Shown: one piece after another, positions 16,398 to 17,932 of the stretch | How the letters are laid out: each line of letters begins with the position of its first letter | How positions within the stretch are numbered: position 1 is the stretch's first letter | Origin: a virus | Length of the DNA stretch: 17,932 nt | Virus genome (UHGV): UHGV-1599718 | Direction: 5' to 3' (one strand) | Notes under the pieces: generated by a model | Told to the model about the DNA's origin: nothing | What the model saw: only the letters and a program-made list of their open reading frames with translations | The model's database searches: none | Program-made: the position numbers and the translations under genes

Positions 16398-16412
16398 ACC
16401 ACGTTACGTGGT
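16398..16412. promoter_or_regulatory. operator O5 (ACCACGTTACGTGGT) in the repA promoter region
   Basis: Same ACCAC-N5-GTGGT dyad as O1-O4, about 175 bp upstream of the repA start, adjacent to a TATGAT -10 candidate on the minus strand. Confidence 0.5.
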
Positions 16413-16542
16413 TTTAAGAGAACTCTACCACAACACTTTCGGTCATGCACGAAGTCTCTCACTGATCGAACGATAATCCACCAGTAAAAGGATCTAAATT
16501 GGATCTCGTTTTGCGAGCATCATACTACTGGCCTAACTCCAG

Positions 16543-17097
16543 TCAATGATTCCCAGCCGGAAACCTGCGGTAAAGCGTGGATAAGGTAACATCGAAGATA
16601 ATCGCTATCCGCTTACGTGAAACACCATTCGCAATAAGCCTTCCGATCTGTTCCCATTGCTCTGGTGCCAATTTTGAGCGGCGTCCTCCTATCCTGCCGT
16701 TAGCCCTTGCCACCGCCAATCCTGCACGCGTTCTTTCAATCATATTTTCCCGCTCCATCTCTGCGACTGCACTCAGCATCGTGTAGGCAAAGCGGCCAAT
16801 TGAAGTGCTAATTTTTATCCCTTCCGTAATCGAAATAAACTCAATGTTGTTTGATAAAAAATAGTTTAGTAAATCAACAAGATGAATCAGAGAACGCCCC
16901 ATTCGGTCCAGCTTCCAGACAATAACCGTATCGCCCGGCCGTAACACCTTCAGTAGCTTATCAAGTCCTGGTCGTTTTGATTTAGCACCGGATATTTTAT
17001 CTTCAAAAATCCGGTCACATCCTGAACTCCTGAGCGCCTCCAATTGTAATTCCAAATTCTGGTCAAAAGTTGACACCCTCGCATAACCATATTGCAT
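16543..17097 (-). CDS. serine recombinase, DNA invertase of the Hin/Gin/Cin/Pin family (184 aa)
   Basis: N-terminus MQYGYARVSTFDQNLELQ with catalytic-Ser context; VWKLDRMGRS; C-terminal HTH (RKRIAIIFDVTLSTLYRR). Near-collinear by eye with e14 Pin. Confidence 0.9.
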   Translation of the reverse strand: MQYGYARVSTFDQNLELQLEALRSSGCDRIFEDKISGAKSKRPGLDKLLKVLRPGDTVIVWKLDRMGRSLIHLVDLLNYFLSNNIEFISITEGIKISTSIGRFAYTMLSAVAEMERENMIERTRAGLAVARANGRIGGRRSKLAPEQWEQIGRLIANGVSRKRIAIIFDVTLSTLYRRFPAGNH

Positions 17098-17107
17098 ACT
17101 TTCTAAA

Positions 17108-17932
17108 CCGCGATTGTTGCTAAAAGCGGGAAAAAATATCGTTCAGACGACACAGAGGCAATTCGCAAAAACCTCGGTTTACAGGAAACGGTAAATAAGG
17201 CTGGTAACGCCGTTCAAAAGACAGGTGATACCTTGTCCGGCGGACTTACTTTTGAAAACGACTCAATCCTTGCCTGGATTCGGAATACTGACTGGGCAAA
17301 GATTGGATTTAAAAATGATGCCGACAGCGATACTGATTCATACATGTGGTTTGAAACAGGCGACAACGGAAATGAATATTTCAAATGGAGAAGCCGCCAG
17401 AGCACCACAACAAAAGACCTGATGAATCTTAAATGGGATGCTTTGTCTGTCCTTGTTAAAGCCCTTTTCAGCAGTGAAGTAAAAATATCGACAGTCAATG
17501 CACTGAGGATATTTAATTCATCTTTTGGTGCCATTTTTCGCCGTTCTGAAGAATGCCTGCATATCATCCCGACACGAGAGAATGAGGGAGAAAATGGTGA
17601 TATAGGGCCACTACGCCCCTTTACGCTTAATCTCAGAACTGGTCGGATAAGCATGGGGCATGGTCTTGATGTTACAGGGGATATATTTGCAAACCGTTTT
17701 GCAATTAACAGTAGTACCGGCATGTGGATTCATATGCGTGACCAGAATGTTATTTTGGGACGCAATGCGGTATCCACCGATGGTGCACAGGCATTACTTC
17801 GTCAGGACCATGCTGATCGCAAATTTATGATTGGTGGACTGGGAAATAAGCAATTTGGCATCTACATGATTAATAACTCAAGGACAGCCAATGGCACCGA
17901 TGGTCAGGCGTACATGGATAATAACGGGAACT
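17108..17932 (+). CDS. tail-fibre C-terminal variable segment (no start codon of its own; 3-prime end beyond window); probably the silent alternative copy inside an invertible segment
   Basis: Open frame from the stop at 17105 to the window end, absent from the ORF track because it has no in-window stop. Translation ... NRFAINSSTGMWIHMRDQNVILGRNAVSTDGAQALLRQDHADRKFMIGGLGNKQFGIYMINNSRTANGTDGQAYMDNNGN resembles phage tail-fibre C-termini. Confidence 0.6.
17162..17187. other. gix/hix-like recombination crossover site
   Basis: TTCGCAAAAACC-TC-GGTTTACAGGAA: the right half equals the Mu gix half-site and the left half matches the TTATCAAAAACC consensus at 9-10 of 12 positions. It lies 65 bp from the invertase start, inside the tail-fibre reading frame. 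Confidence 0.65.

Noticed and set aside
15302-16487. ORFs 15302..15490, 15504..15845, 15855..16052, 16031..16282, 16154..16417 and 16224..16487 around repA
   Set aside because: Antisense or alternative frames of the RepA gene or the CopA-like region; none has RepA-independent support.
16577-16786. Plus-strand ORF inside the invertase gene
   Set aside because: Embedded and antisense to a strongly supported recombinase.
17214-17723. Minus-strand ORF 17214..17723 (169 aa) and plus-strand 17225..17422
   Set aside because: The third plus-strand frame gives a tail-fibre-like translation with no stop through the window end and a gix-like site at its 5-prime end; the listed ORFs are alternative frames of that region.

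Overview
This 17.9-kb window is a densely packed accessory element that mixes temperate-phage and plasmid-maintenance modules, consistent with a phage-plasmid or a prophage region embedded in a plasmid. All family calls are from motifs read by eye in the supplied translations and sequence; no database search or folding was run. Layout: (1) 1-4587, minus strand: a chain of start/stop-overlapping genes from a Cro-like HTH gene to a Q-type antiterminator, then a 355-aa unknown gene and small regulators. (2) 4600-5500: an immunity region with a CI-like repressor (HTH plus S24 peptidase-like domain) and ACCAC-N5-GTGGT operators. (3) 5511-7193: an unknown gene, then a ParA-type ATPase with a ribbon-helix-helix partner, flanked by AT-rich repeats. 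(4) 7230-8105 and 9466-10250: two sizeable regions without convincing ORFs but with intrinsic terminators. (5) 8111-9441: a Rha/ORF6N antirepressor-like gene. (6) 10251-11833: an HTH gene plus unknown gene behind a second copy of an 89-bp leader, then a HigB/HigA-like toxin-antitoxin pair. (7) 12288-14418: an IS21-family element (istA/istB, 2131 bp, 4-bp duplication ATAA) inserted 2 bp upstream of a start codon. (8) 14880-16420: an IncFII-type RepA replicon with a DnaA box, a CopA-like antisense RNA candidate and a fifth ACCAC-N5-GTGGT operator in the repA promoter region. (9) 16543-17932: a Hin/Gin/Pin-type DNA invertase, a gix/hix-like crossover site and a tail-fibre C-terminal segment running off the window. 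No rRNA, tRNA or CRISPR array was seen. The most interesting signals are the repressor-type operator at the replicon, the 89-bp leader duplicated in front of two unrelated unknown genes, and the AT-rich repeat family upstream of at least five transcription units.
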